DNA of 61,574 nucleotides, from NCBI GenBank assembly GCA_017881445.1, contig JADGQX010000003.1, positions 1 to 61,574 on the forward strand, in the 5' to 3' direction. Below the pieces are notes generated by a model. The model was not told where the DNA came from. It saw nothing but the letters and a program-made list of their open reading frames with translations, and did not search any database. Each line of letters begins with the position of its first letter. The first letter of the stretch is position 1. This document shows, in pieces, positions 1 to 9,243 of the stretch. The DNA comes from Gemmatimonadota bacterium. GTDB lineage: Bacteria; Gemmatimonadota; Gemmatimonadetes; Longimicrobiales; RSA9. A program made the translations under genes and the position numbers.

Positions 1-710
1 CCCGTCTCGAAGTACTTCCGGTACCAGTCGAGGGGGACGTCGCCCGTCTGCAGCGGGTAGCCGCGCGCGTCGAAGGGGCGCGGCAGGATGTCCTCGTCGT
101 CGTGGAAGAAGCCGCGGAACTTGAACGTGGGCGGCCCCTGGCTGAAGCGGGTCCGCTTCAGCACCAGCGGGTCGTGGTGCTCGGGCTGGTAGCCGGTCCA
201 GAGGTAGAGCGGGTCGATGCCCAGCCGCTCCGAGAGCGTGTACGCGGCGAAGGCGGTGCCGCGCGCGTTGGAGCCCACCAGCCAGACGACGTCGCCGTCC
301 GTCAACACCCGGTAGGCCTCCCACTGGCCCTGCAGCGCCTTCGCATCGATGGCGCGCGGCAGCTTCCCGTCGCCCAGCGTCTGCAGCCGGATCGCCACCT
401 TGCCCTGGGTGGGCTGCTCCACCAGCGGCGGGCGGTAGCCGCTGATCCGCTCGATGTCGCCCGCCAGGAACTGCGCCGCCTGGTGCACGGCCGGGTTCTC
501 CGCCGCCGGGACCACGATCTCGGCGCCGGCGCCGGCCGCCCCGCTCGCCCCGCCCCGCGCCAGCACCACGTCACCGGGTGCGACGTCGCCGGTCCGCACC
601 CAGGACCCGCGCAGCATCCCGCTCCAGGGCGCCTGCGCCGAGAGCGCGCCGGCGGGCGAGGCCAGGATGAGCAGCAGCCACAGCAGCGTACGAGCTGGAC
701 GTGACTCCAC
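1..710 (-). CDS. glycoside hydrolase family 115-like protein, N-terminal part (3' end runs off the window)
   Basis: Absent from the ORF track because it leaves the window. My reverse translation from GTG 710 gives a signal-like ESRPARTLLWLLLILASPAGALSAQA. It continues ...DGDVVWLVGSNARGTAFAAYTLSERLGIDPLYLWTGYQPEHHDP..., which resembles the conserved GS-x-x-RGT...LSE..G..P..W block of GH115 xylan alpha-glucuronidases. Confidence 0.5.
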   Translation of the reverse strand, partial: MESRPARTLLWLLLILASPAGALSAQAPWSGMLRGSWVRTGDVAPGDVVLARGGASGAAGAGAEIVVPAAENPAVHQAAQFLAGDIERISGYRPPLVEQPTQGKVAIRLQTLGDGKLPRAIDAKALQGQWEAYRVLTDGDVVWLVGSNARGTAFAAYTLSERLGIDPLYLWTGYQPEHHDPLVLKRTRFSQGPPTFKFRGFFHDDEDILPRPFDARGYPLQTGDVPLDWYRKYFET

Positions 711-868
711 GGGGACCTCGCAGGTTCGGGCGGGTCGAACGGTTGCTTTCGGTGGTTCGCGCGGGGACGCGCGCAGGAAGGGTACTCGGAATGTAAGCCG
801 TCCGCGAGATGCGGATCGGCCCTGGCCGAGGTGGCCGGGGCCCCGGCGTCATGCCCGGGCCCCGGGCG

Positions 869-2413
869 TCAGCCCATCCGCCGGACCTCGATGCCGTTGC
901 GGAAGCGCGACCAGTCCAGCCGCAGCTTGCGCATGCGGGCGCGCAGCGTGTGCGGGTTCACGTCCAGCAGGGCGGCGGCCCCGGCGTCGCCCTCGATGCG
1001 GCCGCCCGTCCGCCGGAGCGCCGCTTCGACGTGGCGCCGGATCGCCTCGTTCAGCGTGGGGAAGGGGCCGTCGGCCGGCGGCGCGGGAGCCAGGACGGGC
1101 TGGGCACCGGCGACGGCGGACACCCCGAGCGCCGCGGCCACCTCCAGGCGGTGGCCGCCACCCAGGATCACCGCCCGCTCGATCACCGTGCCCAGCTCGC
1201 GCACGTTGCCCGGCCAGGAATAGGCGATCAGCAGCTCCAGGTCCGCCGGGCTGGGCGCCAGCGGCGCCCCACCCAGCCGCTTGCCCGCGCGCCAGGCGAA
1301 GTGCTCCGCCAGCGCCGGGATGTCACCGGGGCGCTCGCGCAGCGCCGGCAGGCGGATGGGGAAGACGCTGATCCGGTACCACAGGTCCTCGCGGAAGCGG
1401 CCGTCCTGCACCATGACGTGCAGGTCCCGGTGGGTCGCCGCCACGATGCGGACATCAACGGAGTGCGTGCGGCGGCCGCCCACCCGCTCGAAGGTGCCAT
1501 CCTGCAGCACCCGCAGCAGCCGCACCTGCGCCTCCGGCGGCAGCTCGCCGATCTCGTCCAGGAAGAGCGTGCCCCCGTCCGCCCGCTCGAACCAGCCGGC
1601 GCGGTCGCTCACCGCGCCCGTGAAGCTGCCGCGCTCGTGGCCGAACAGCTCCGAGTCGATCAGGCCCGGCGGGATGGCGCCGCAGTTCACCCGCACGACC
1701 GGCCCTTTCGAGCGCGCCGACCCGCGGTGGATCTCGCGCGCGATCACCTCCTTGCCACTCCCCGTCTCCCCCAGTAGCAGCACGGGCGCGTCCGTCTGCG
1801 CCACCTGCGCCACGCGCTCCACCACCGCCCGCAGGCCGCCGTCCGCCCCCACCACCGCCTCGGCGATCTCCTGCCGGTCCAGCCGCGAGAGCAGCGCCTG
1901 TTTGTCCGCCTCCAGCGCCTCCCGGTAGCGCCCGATCTCCAGGCGCTGCAGGTGGCTGCGCAGTGCCGCCGACAGCGGCTCCCGCAGCTCCGACCAAAGC
2001 TCCTGCTCCGCCCGCCCGAAGGCGCCGCGCGCGCCCCACGCCACCGCGAAGCCGATCACTTCATCCCCGTGCAGCAGCGATGCGATCAGCACGTCACCCT
2101 CGGCCTCCCGCGGCACGATCACCGACGCGGCACCCGCTTCGGCGCCGAAGGCGACGCCGCGGCCCCGACCCCACGCCTGCAGCGCCTCCACCTGCGCCGG
2201 CGCCAGCGGCATCCGCCCCGTGGGCGGGACCGGCGACCGGCCGCAGCGGGCCGCGACCACCGTCTCCAGCCGCTGCCGCTCGGGCTCCAGCCGCTGGATG
2301 ACCAGCGCCTCCAGCCGGATCTCCTGGCGCAGCAGCGCCGCCAGCCGTTGCAGCATCTCCTCGATCGGCGTGTGGCGTCCCGCCTCGCGCCACACGTCCA
2401 GCAGAAGACTCAT
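869..2413 (-). CDS. sigma-54-dependent transcriptional activator (GAF-like sensor, AAA+, Fis-type HTH)
   Basis: ORF 869..2536; the likely start is ATG 2413 (MSLLLDVWREAG). It has Walker A GETGSGKE, a GAFTGA-type loop ERGSFTGA, DEIGELP and a C-terminal HTH (NPHTLRARMRKLRL). Confidence 0.85.
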   Translation of the reverse strand: MSLLLDVWREAGRHTPIEEMLQRLAALLRQEIRLEALVIQRLEPERQRLETVVAARCGRSPVPPTGRMPLAPAQVEALQAWGRGRGVAFGAEAGAASVIVPREAEGDVLIASLLHGDEVIGFAVAWGARGAFGRAEQELWSELREPLSAALRSHLQRLEIGRYREALEADKQALLSRLDRQEIAEAVVGADGGLRAVVERVAQVAQTDAPVLLLGETGSGKEVIAREIHRGSARSKGPVVRVNCGAIPPGLIDSELFGHERGSFTGAVSDRAGWFERADGGTLFLDEIGELPPEAQVRLLRVLQDGTFERVGGRRTHSVDVRIVAATHRDLHVMVQDGRFREDLWYRISVFPIRLPALRERPGDIPALAEHFAWRAGKRLGGAPLAPSPADLELLIAYSWPGNVRELGTVIERAVILGGGHRLEVAAALGVSAVAGAQPVLAPAPPADGPFPTLNEAIRRHVEAALRRTGGRIEGDAGAAALLDVNPHTLRARMRKLRLDWSRFRNGIEVRRMG

Positions 2414-2465
2414 CGCTTGCCCCCGTCCGTTTTCCCCGGCCCGCCTCGCTTGCGCGCGGCCGCGC

Positions 2466-2502
2466 CCGTGACATGTCACGGATTTCCCGTGCAATGTCAC
2501 GG
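2466..2502. promoter_or_regulatory. two tandem 16-bp palindromes CCGTGA-N4-TCACGG (candidate activator binding sites)
   Basis: CCGTGACATGTCACGG (2466-2481) is a perfect palindrome. CCGTGCAATGTCACGG (2487-2502) has one arm mismatch. The centres are 21 bp apart, 53-90 bp upstream of the activator start. Confidence 0.45.
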
Positions 2503-2694
2503 CCCGCGCCGCGCGGGAGCGGACAACTCCCCGCAACTCCTGTCAAATCATGGGCTTGGGACGTCGCCGGGCCTCGGCCGCGGCCCGTCCGCATGCGGCG
2601 TCCGTCCCGTCATGCGTTGCACCCTCGCCACAGCGCGGGCCGCCGCGCCGACGGTCGAACGCGCCCCTCACATTTGCTGGTTTCGCCCCGGTCG

Positions 2695-2727
2695 CCGTGA
2701 CATTTCACGGCCATTTCCGTGAAATGG
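2695..2727. promoter_or_regulatory. third CCGTGA-N4-TCACGG palindrome plus an overlapping half-site (candidate upstream activating sequence)
   Basis: CCGTGACATTTCACGG lies at 2695-2710. It is followed by CCGTGAAATGG at 2717-2727, so CATTTCACGG and CCGTGAAATG form a second inverted repeat. The site is about 105 bp upstream of the putative -24 element. Confidence 0.45.
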
Positions 2728-2807
2728 TCTGGATCGCCCCCGGGCGTCGCCGGGCGAATTAGCCGCAAGCGCATGTGTGATATGTCCTTACGGACTTCGC
2801 CCCGACC

Positions 2808-2824
2808 CGGCACACCCCCTGCTT
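2808..2824 (+). promoter_or_regulatory. putative sigma-54 (-24/-12) promoter of the sulfate uptake operon
   Basis: CGGCAC-ACCCC-CTGCT compares with the consensus TGGCAC-N5-TTGCW. GG is at 2809-2810 and GC at 2821-2822 with the correct 10-nt spacing, about 58 bp upstream of the cysA GTG. Confidence 0.45.
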
Positions 2825-2880
2825 TAGGCCACTGCGCAAATCGCGGGAAAATGCGGGCACACCGGCGAAAGGACGGGAGA

Positions 2881-3933
2881 GTGGGCATCCGTGTGGACGG
2901 CCTGAGCAAGCGGTTCGGCTCCTTCGTGGCCGTGGACGACGTCACGTTCGACGTGCGGGCGGGCGAGCTGGTGGCGCTGCTCGGTCCGTCGGGCGGCGGC
3001 AAGAGCACGATCCTGCGGATCATCGCGGGGCTGGAGACGGCGGACGCCGGCTCGGTGTCGCTGGAAGGCGAGGTGGTGGACGAGATGCCGCCGCGGGATC
3101 GGCGGGTTGGCTTCGTGTTCCAGCATTACGCGCTCTTCCGCCACATGACCGTGGAGCAGAACATCGGTTACGGTCTGAAGGTGAGAGGCGTGGCGAAAGC
3201 GGAGCGGCAGCGGCGGGTGGGGGAGCTGACGGGGATCATGGGACTGCGCGGGCTGGAGGCGCGCTACCCCGCGCAACTCTCGGGCGGGCAGCGGCAGCGG
3301 GTGGCGCTGGCCCGCTCGCTGGCGCCCAGCCCGCGCCTGCTGCTGCTGGATGAACCGTTCGCGGCCGTGGACGCCCGCGTGCGGGAGGAGCTGCGTGCCT
3401 GGCTGCGGCGCATGCACGACCAGGTCGGCGTCACCTCGATCTTCGTGACGCACGACCAGGAGGAAGCCTTCGGCCTGGCCGACCGCGTCATGGTGATCAA
3501 CCGGGGGCGCCTGGAGCAGGACGGGTCGCCGCGCGAGATCCAGGATGAGCCGGCGACGGAGTTCGTCGCGCGCTTCATCGGCGAGTCCAACGTCCTGGAG
3601 GCGCGGGTCCAGGGCGAGGACGCCTGGGTGGGCGCGCTCCGGGTAGGGCTGGACCAGGGGGAGCGGGGGACGCGGGGCGGCGCGGCGGCGCGGCTGATCA
3701 TCCGCTCGTACGACCTGAAGTTCTGGCATGCGGAGAACGGTGACAGCGTGGCCGTGGTCCGTCGTGTGGTCCCGCTCGGCGACCGCGTGCGCGTGGAAGC
3801 CGCCGTGGACGGCGCCGGACCGATCTTCGCCCACTTCCCTCGCCGCAGCTCCCTTCTGCACGGGATCGAACCCGGTGCCCGCATCGCGGTGGAGGTCACG
3901 CGCGCTCGCGCCTACCCGGTGGAGGCTCCATGA
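2881..3933 (+). CDS. cysA: sulfate/thiosulfate ABC transporter ATP-binding protein
   Basis: GTG 2881 is preceded by GGGAG. Walker A GPSGGGKST, signature LSGGQRQR and Walker B LLLLDEPF are present, with a CysA-type C-terminal regulatory domain. Confidence 0.9.
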   Translation: MGIRVDGLSKRFGSFVAVDDVTFDVRAGELVALLGPSGGGKSTILRIIAGLETADAGSVSLEGEVVDEMPPRDRRVGFVFQHYALFRHMTVEQNIGYGLKVRGVAKAERQRRVGELTGIMGLRGLEARYPAQLSGGQRQRVALARSLAPSPRLLLLDEPFAAVDARVREELRAWLRRMHDQVGVTSIFVTHDQEEAFGLADRVMVINRGRLEQDGSPREIQDEPATEFVARFIGESNVLEARVQGEDAWVGALRVGLDQGERGTRGGAAARLIIRSYDLKFWHAENGDSVAVVRRVVPLGDRVRVEAAVDGAGPIFAHFPRRSSLLHGIEPGARIAVEVTRARAYPVEAP

Positions 3934-5318
3934 GAGCGACGACCCTGATCGTCGCCGTGGCGCTCGCCCTCGCCACCACGGCCGCGCGCGCGCAGGCGCA
4001 GCTGCCGGCGCCGACGACGCCTGATGACAGCACGGCCGTGAGACCCCCGGAGACGCTCGAGGATCTGATCCAGCGCGTGCGCGTCCTGGAGCGGAAGCTC
4101 GAGCTGAAGCAGGAGGAGGATGCGGCGCGCGCGAAGGCGGCCCCCGCCATCGTGGTCGCGGGCGACGGCGTCGCCTTCCGCGCCGCGGACGGCTCCTTCC
4201 AGCTGCGGCTGCGCGGCTACGTGCAGGACGACGCGCGTATGTACCAGGGCGTCGCGCACCCCGGCACGAGCGCCTTCCTGCTGCGGCGCGTGCGCCCGAT
4301 CCTCGAGGCCACCGCGCTGCAGCGCTATACGCTCCGCATCATGCCCGACTTCGGCAACGGGCAGACGGTCCTTTACGACGCCTACGTCGAGGCGGCGTTC
4401 CTGCCCCAGCTCGGGCTCCGTTTCGGCAAGTTCAAGCCCCCGGTCGGGCTGGAGCGGCTGCAGTCCGCGACCAATCTCATGTTCGTGGAGCGCGCGCTGC
4501 CCACGGCACTGGTGCCCAACCGCGACCTGGGCGTCCAACTCCAGGGCGTCGTTGGCGGGGGCTTGCTGAGCTACGCGCTGGGCGTCTTCAATGGCGTGAA
4601 CGACGGCGGCATGGCCGATACCGACACGGACAACGCCAAGGAGGTCGCCGCGCGGCTATTCGCGCAGCCCTTCCAGGCGAGCGAATCCGACGCGCTGCGC
4701 CGGCTGGGCTTCGGCGTGGCCGCCACGCGCGGCGCGGTGCACGGCACTCTCACTAGCGTCTCGCTGCCGTCGTACTCCTCCCCGGGGCAGCTCGCGTTCT
4801 TCCGCTACCGCGCCGATGGCAAGGCCACGGGCACCGCCATCGCGTCCGGCGACCATGTCCGCCTCGCGCCCCAGGGCTGGTACTACCGCGGGCCGCTGAG
4901 CGTGCTGGGCGAATACGTGATCTCGCGCCAGGCCGTTGCCCTGGACACGGCCTCCGCCACCCTGCGCAATCGCGCCTGGCAAGTAGCGGCCGCTTATGCA
5001 GTTACGGGTGAGGACGCGGGCGCGAAGGGGATCCGCCCGCGCAGCGTGTTCGACCCGGCGAAGGGTAGCTGGGGCGCGATCGAGCTGACCGCCCGCGTCC
5101 ACCAGCTGCGGCTGGACGACGACGCTTTCCCTCGTTTTGCCGACCCGACCGCCTCCGCCCGCTCGGCGCGGGCCTGGGCCGCCGGCCTCAACTGGTACCT
5201 GAACCCGAACGTGAAGCTGGTGCTCGACTACGAGCGCACGCGCTTCGCGGGCGGGGCCAAGACCGGCGACCGGGCGCCCGAGCGGGCGCTGTTCAGCCGT
5301 ATCCAGTTCGCGTTCTGA
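3930..5318 (+). CDS. OprO/OprP-family anion-selective porin
   Basis: The signal peptide is [23 protein letters not shown]. It contains [25 protein letters not shown] and a C-terminal aromatic ...RIQFAF. The start overlaps the cysA stop (ATGA). Confidence 0.75.
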   Translation: MRATTLIVAVALALATTAARAQAQLPAPTTPDDSTAVRPPETLEDLIQRVRVLERKLELKQEEDAARAKAAPAIVVAGDGVAFRAADGSFQLRLRGYVQDDARMYQGVAHPGTSAFLLRRVRPILEATALQRYTLRIMPDFGNGQTVLYDAYVEAAFLPQLGLRFGKFKPPVGLERLQSATNLMFVERALPTALVPNRDLGVQLQGVVGGGLLSYALGVFNGVNDGGMADTDTDNAKEVAARLFAQPFQASESDALRRLGFGVAATRGAVHGTLTSVSLPSYSSPGQLAFFRYRADGKATGTAIASGDHVRLAPQGWYYRGPLSVLGEYVISRQAVALDTASATLRNRAWQVAAAYAVTGEDAGAKGIRPRSVFDPAKGSWGAIELTARVHQLRLDDDAFPRFADPTASARSARAWAAGLNWYLNPNVKLVLDYERTRFAGGAKTGDRAPERALFSRIQFAF

Positions 5319-6379
5319 TGTCCGCCACCCCTGACCCGACCCATCGACCCATGGAGACCCACCGCATGCGCCGTTCGATCGTCGCGGCCCTGGCCGCGCT
5401 GACTGCCGCCCTGCCGCCGGGCGCGGCCGCCCAGCAGGCTCCGAAGGACGTCGTCCTTCTGAACGTTTCCTACGACCCCACGCGGGAGCTCTACCAGGAC
5501 TACAACGCCGCCTTCGCCCGCTACTGGAAGGCGAAGACGGGACAGAGCGTGACCATCCGGCAGTCGCATGGCGGCTCGGGCAAGCAGGCGCGCTCGGTGA
5601 TCGACGGGCTGCAGGCAGACGTGGTCACGCTCGCCCTGGCCTACGACGTGGATGCGCTGGCGGAGCGGGGCCGCCTCATCCCGCGCAACTGGCAGACGCG
5701 GCTGCCGGACAACAGCGCGCCCTACACCTCCACGATCGTGTTCCTGGTGCGGAAGGGGAACCCGAAGCGGATCCGGGACTGGGGCGACCTGGTCCGGCCC
5801 GGCGTCTCGGTCGTGACGCCGAACCCCAAGACCTCCGGCGGCGCGCGCTGGAACTACCTGGCCGCGTGGGGCTACGCCCTGCGGAAGTTCGGCGGCGACG
5901 AGGGAAAGGCGCAGCAGTTCGTGGCCGCGCTGTTCCGGAACGTGCCCGTGCTCGACTCGGGCGCCCGGGGCGCGACCACGACCTTCATCGAGCGCGGCAT
6001 CGGCGACGTGATGATCAACTGGGAGAACGAGGCGCTGCTGGCGATGCAGGAGATGGGCAAGGGGCAGTACGAGATCGTGATGCCATCGGTCAGCATCCTG
6101 GCGGAGCCGCCGGTGACGGTGGTGGACCGCGTCGCCAACAAGCGCGGCACCCGGCCGATCGCGGAGGCCTACCTCCATTACCTCTACTCGGAGGAAGGCC
6201 AGACCATCGCGGCCAGCCACTTCTACCGCCCGCGCATGGCGTCGGTGGCGGCGAAGTTCGCCAGCCGCTTCCCGAGAATCCAGCTCTTCGACATCCGGGA
6301 GTTCGGCGGCTGGCAGGTGGCGCAGAAGAAGCACTTCGACGATGGCGGCATCTTCGATCGCCTCTACCAGCCGAGGTAG
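5318..6379 (+). CDS. sbp: sulfate ABC transporter substrate-binding protein
   Basis: [25 protein letters not shown]...[35 protein letters not shown] is typical of Sbp/CysP. Alternative starts at 5351 or 5366 lie before the signal peptide [12 protein letters not shown]. Confidence 0.9.
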   Translation: MSATPDPTHRPMETHRMRRSIVAALAALTAALPPGAAAQQAPKDVVLLNVSYDPTRELYQDYNAAFARYWKAKTGQSVTIRQSHGGSGKQARSVIDGLQADVVTLALAYDVDALAERGRLIPRNWQTRLPDNSAPYTSTIVFLVRKGNPKRIRDWGDLVRPGVSVVTPNPKTSGGARWNYLAAWGYALRKFGGDEGKAQQFVAALFRNVPVLDSGARGATTTFIERGIGDVMINWENEALLAMQEMGKGQYEIVMPSVSILAEPPVTVVDRVANKRGTRPIAEAYLHYLYSEEGQTIAASHFYRPRMASVAAKFASRFPRIQLFDIREFGGWQVAQKKHFDDGGIFDRLYQPR

Positions 6380-6386
6380 CCCAGCC

Positions 6387-7220
6387 ATGGCGAGATCGCG
6401 CGCGAAGAATGTGCTGCCCGGCTTCGGGCTCACCCTCGGCTTCACCCTGCTCTACCTGAGCCTGATCGTGCTCATCCCCCTGGCGGCGTTGCTGCTGAAG
6501 AGCACGTCGCTCACCTGGGGGCAGTTCTGGGGCGTGGTGAGCAATCCCCGGGTGCTGGCCGCCTACCGCCTGAGCTTCGGCGCGGCGCTGGGCGCCGCGC
6601 TGGTCAACGCCCTGTTCGGGCTGCTCCTGGCCTGGGTGCTGGTGCGCTATTCCTTCCCCGGCCGGCGGCTGATAGACGCCCTGGTGGACCTGCCCTTCGC
6701 TCTGCCCACGGCCGTGGCGGGGATCACCCTGACGGCGCTGTTCGCGAAGACGGGCTGGCTGGGCGCGCCCCTGCACGCGCTGGGCATCGACGTGGCCTAC
6801 ACGCCGCTGGGCGTCATGATCGCGCTCACGTTCATCGGCCTGCCCTTCGTGGTGCGCACGGTCCAGCCGGTGCTGGAGGACCTGGCGGCGGAGCGCGAGG
6901 AGGCGGCGGCCATGCTGGGCGCCAGCCGCTGGCAGACGCTGCGCGGCATCGTGCTGCCCGAGCTCGCGCCCGCGCTGGTCACCGGCTTCGCCCTCGCCTT
7001 TGCCCGCGCCACGGGCGAGTACGGCTCCATCGTGTTCATCTCCGGCAACATGCCGATGAAGACCGAGATCGCGCCGCTGGTCATCATCACCAAGCTGGAG
7101 CAGTACGACTACGCCGGCGCCACCGCGGTCGCCGTGGTCATGCTGGCGATCTCGTTCACGCTGCTGCTGGTCATCAACCTGCTCCAGGGCTGGAGCGGCC
7201 GCCGGCACGGCGAAGCCTAG
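6387..7220 (+). CDS. cysT: sulfate ABC transporter permease CysT
   Basis: ATG 6387 ([15 protein letters not shown]) follows GAGG. It has a multi-TM MetI-type permease core ([23 protein letters not shown]). Confidence 0.85.
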   Translation: MARSRAKNVLPGFGLTLGFTLLYLSLIVLIPLAALLLKSTSLTWGQFWGVVSNPRVLAAYRLSFGAALGAALVNALFGLLLAWVLVRYSFPGRRLIDALVDLPFALPTAVAGITLTALFAKTGWLGAPLHALGIDVAYTPLGVMIALTFIGLPFVVRTVQPVLEDLAAEREEAAAMLGASRWQTLRGIVLPELAPALVTGFALAFARATGEYGSIVFISGNMPMKTEIAPLVIITKLEQYDYAGATAVAVVMLAISFTLLLVINLLQGWSGRRHGEA

Positions 7221-7235
7221 CCCGATAGGAGATCT

Positions 7236-8228
7236 ATGCACGTCGTCAACATCTCGCGCCAGAGCGCCAGCCGGCAGCTGCGCCAGGCCACGACGGAGCC
7301 CGCCGCGGTGCGCTGGCTCCTGGTCGCCGTCGCCCTCGCCTTCGTCGGTGTCTTCCTGGTGCTGCCGCTGGTGGCCGTGGCGGCGCAGGCGCTCAAGGCC
7401 GGGCTGGGCGCGTTCGGCGCCGCCATCCTGGACCCGGACACGCTCGCCGCCGTGCGGCTCACGCTGCTGACGGCGGCGATCGCCGTGCCCCTGAACGTCG
7501 TCTTCGGCGTCGCCGCCGCCTGGGCCATTGCCCGCTTCGAGTTCACCGGTCGCAGCCTGCTGATCACCCTGATCGACTTGCCCTTCGCGGTCTCGCCCGT
7601 GATCGCGGGGCTGATCTACGTGCTGCTCTTCGGGATGCAGGGCTGGCTCGGCCCGTGGCTGGCCGACCACGACGTCGCCATCATCTTCGCCGTCCCCGGG
7701 ATCGTGCTGGCGACGATCTTCGTCACGTTCCCCTTCGTGGCCCGGGAGCTGATTCCGCTGATGCGGGCGCAGGGGCCGGAGGAGGAGCAGGCGAGCGTGG
7801 TGCTGGGGGCCAGCGGCTGGCAGACCTTCCGCTACGTCACCCTGCCCAACGTGAAGTGGGGACTGCTCTACGGCGTCATCATCCTGAACGCCCGCGCCAT
7901 GGGGGAATTCGGCGCGGTCTCCGTGGTGTCGGGCCACATCCGCGGCCTGACCAACACGATCCCCCTCCACGTCGAGATCCTGTACAACGAGTACCAGACG
8001 ACGGCGGCGTTCGCGGTCGCGTCCATCCTCACGCTGCTCGGGCTGGTCACGCTGGTGGCCAAGACCATCGCCGACCGCAAGCGCGCCCAGAGCCTGGTCC
8101 CGCTCGCCGCCCTGGCCGAGGACCCGGCGCATTCCGCACCACCGCACCTTGACCTCGCCGGGCACGCGCTGCAGGCTCGGAGCGCCGGCGCGGCGCTCGG
8201 GACCCCGGCGCAGGAAGCGTGGGCCTGA
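7236..8228 (+). CDS. cysW: sulfate ABC transporter permease CysW
   Basis: AGGAG Shine-Dalgarno sequence. The permease core is [26 protein letters not shown]. This is the second permease of the cys operon. Confidence 0.85.
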   Translation: MHVVNISRQSASRQLRQATTEPAAVRWLLVAVALAFVGVFLVLPLVAVAAQALKAGLGAFGAAILDPDTLAAVRLTLLTAAIAVPLNVVFGVAAAWAIARFEFTGRSLLITLIDLPFAVSPVIAGLIYVLLFGMQGWLGPWLADHDVAIIFAVPGIVLATIFVTFPFVARELIPLMRAQGPEEEQASVVLGASGWQTFRYVTLPNVKWGLLYGVIILNARAMGEFGAVSVVSGHIRGLTNTIPLHVEILYNEYQTTAAFAVASILTLLGLVTLVAKTIADRKRAQSLVPLAALAEDPAHSAPPHLDLAGHALQARSAGAALGTPAQEAWA

Positions 8229-8338
8229 AAGGAGCTTCCGGATCGGCGCGGCATCGACAACCGGCCCGTGATCCCGAGCGGGACCACGGGCCGGCTCATG
8301 TGCCTTATGAGATGGTACGGCGGCATCAGAGCCGCCGT

Positions 8339-9034
8339 TCACATGGGCGTCACCTCGACGCCGTAGTACTTCCATTGCCGGTGCGCGTCCTGCGTCAGGC
8401 TGGCCAGGTAGACCTTGTCGCCGGGAAGGCCGCTCGTCGGCACCAGGACGAACACGACGATGTCCTGCCGCTGGTTAGGCTTGATGGGGATGTCCGTGTA
8501 GCTGTTGTCCATGAAGTTGTGGACCGTCCACGAGCCGGCGTCCGGCCCCGCCTGCACGTCGAAGTGAATCATGAACGTGTGGAATTGCTGGGCGAGGCTG
8601 GTCATCACGGCCACGTTGACGCGCTGGCCGAGCGGCGTCGTCGACCAGGCATCGACGACGTTGAAATAGGGATCATTCATGGTGGCCACTTCCACCATCA
8701 TGTAGCCCTTGCCGTCGACGTAGGGTGCGCGGGGCGTGAGCGTGAAGGGGCCGGACGGTGGTTGCGCCGGCGCCGGCATTCCGGCCTGCTTCAGCATCTC
8801 GAGCTTCTCCGACCACGGAATTGCCCTGAACTTCACCGACGCCGTCGTCCTCACGGTCGGTTGGGACTTCACGACCGTGGCCGGCGCCGACAGGACCAGC
8901 GTCCGGCCGCCCGCGGCCGTGATCACCTTGGAAGTTCCGGGCGGGAGATTCACCTGCGCCCGCGCTCCCTCGGCCATGGCCGCCAGTGCGACAAGCGCAA
9001 CCACTGCCGACAACGAGAGGTAGCTCCGCTTCAT
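8339..9034 (-). CDS. hypothetical secreted protein
   Basis: ATG 9034 has a strong AAGGAGG Shine-Dalgarno sequence. The signal peptide is MKRSYLSLSAVVALVALAAMAEGARA. I recognise no family. Confidence 0.55.
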   Translation of the reverse strand: MKRSYLSLSAVVALVALAAMAEGARAQVNLPPGTSKVITAAGGRTLVLSAPATVVKSQPTVRTTASVKFRAIPWSEKLEMLKQAGMPAPAQPPSGPFTLTPRAPYVDGKGYMMVEVATMNDPYFNVVDAWSTTPLGQRVNVAVMTSLAQQFHTFMIHFDVQAGPDAGSWTVHNFMDNSYTDIPIKPNQRQDIVVFVLVPTSGLPGDKVYLASLTQDAHRQWKYYGVEVTPM

Positions 9035-9243
9035 CGTGTCCTCCTTTGCCGCCGCTTGCGGCGGCGCCCAGGGCACTCCGGCGTGATCGCTCGGCGGAGC
9101 GACTCAGGGTCGGGGCGGTGTGCGCCGAAGATAGCGTGGCGACCGCATACGCAGGAAGCGTCTTCCGGCGCCTGACCCTGCGCGCCTTGACACGCGGCCG
9201 CGGCATCGGCCAGTTGCTGCGACCCTTCGAGCTGGAGCCGTCC

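Noticed and set aside
6090-8375. 761-aa minus-strand ORF
   Set aside because: It lies antisense to the well-supported cysT/cysW (and sbp) genes. The translation is Arg/Gly/Asp/Gln-rich low complexity with no recognisable motifs. This is the typical stop-free antisense frame of high-GC DNA.
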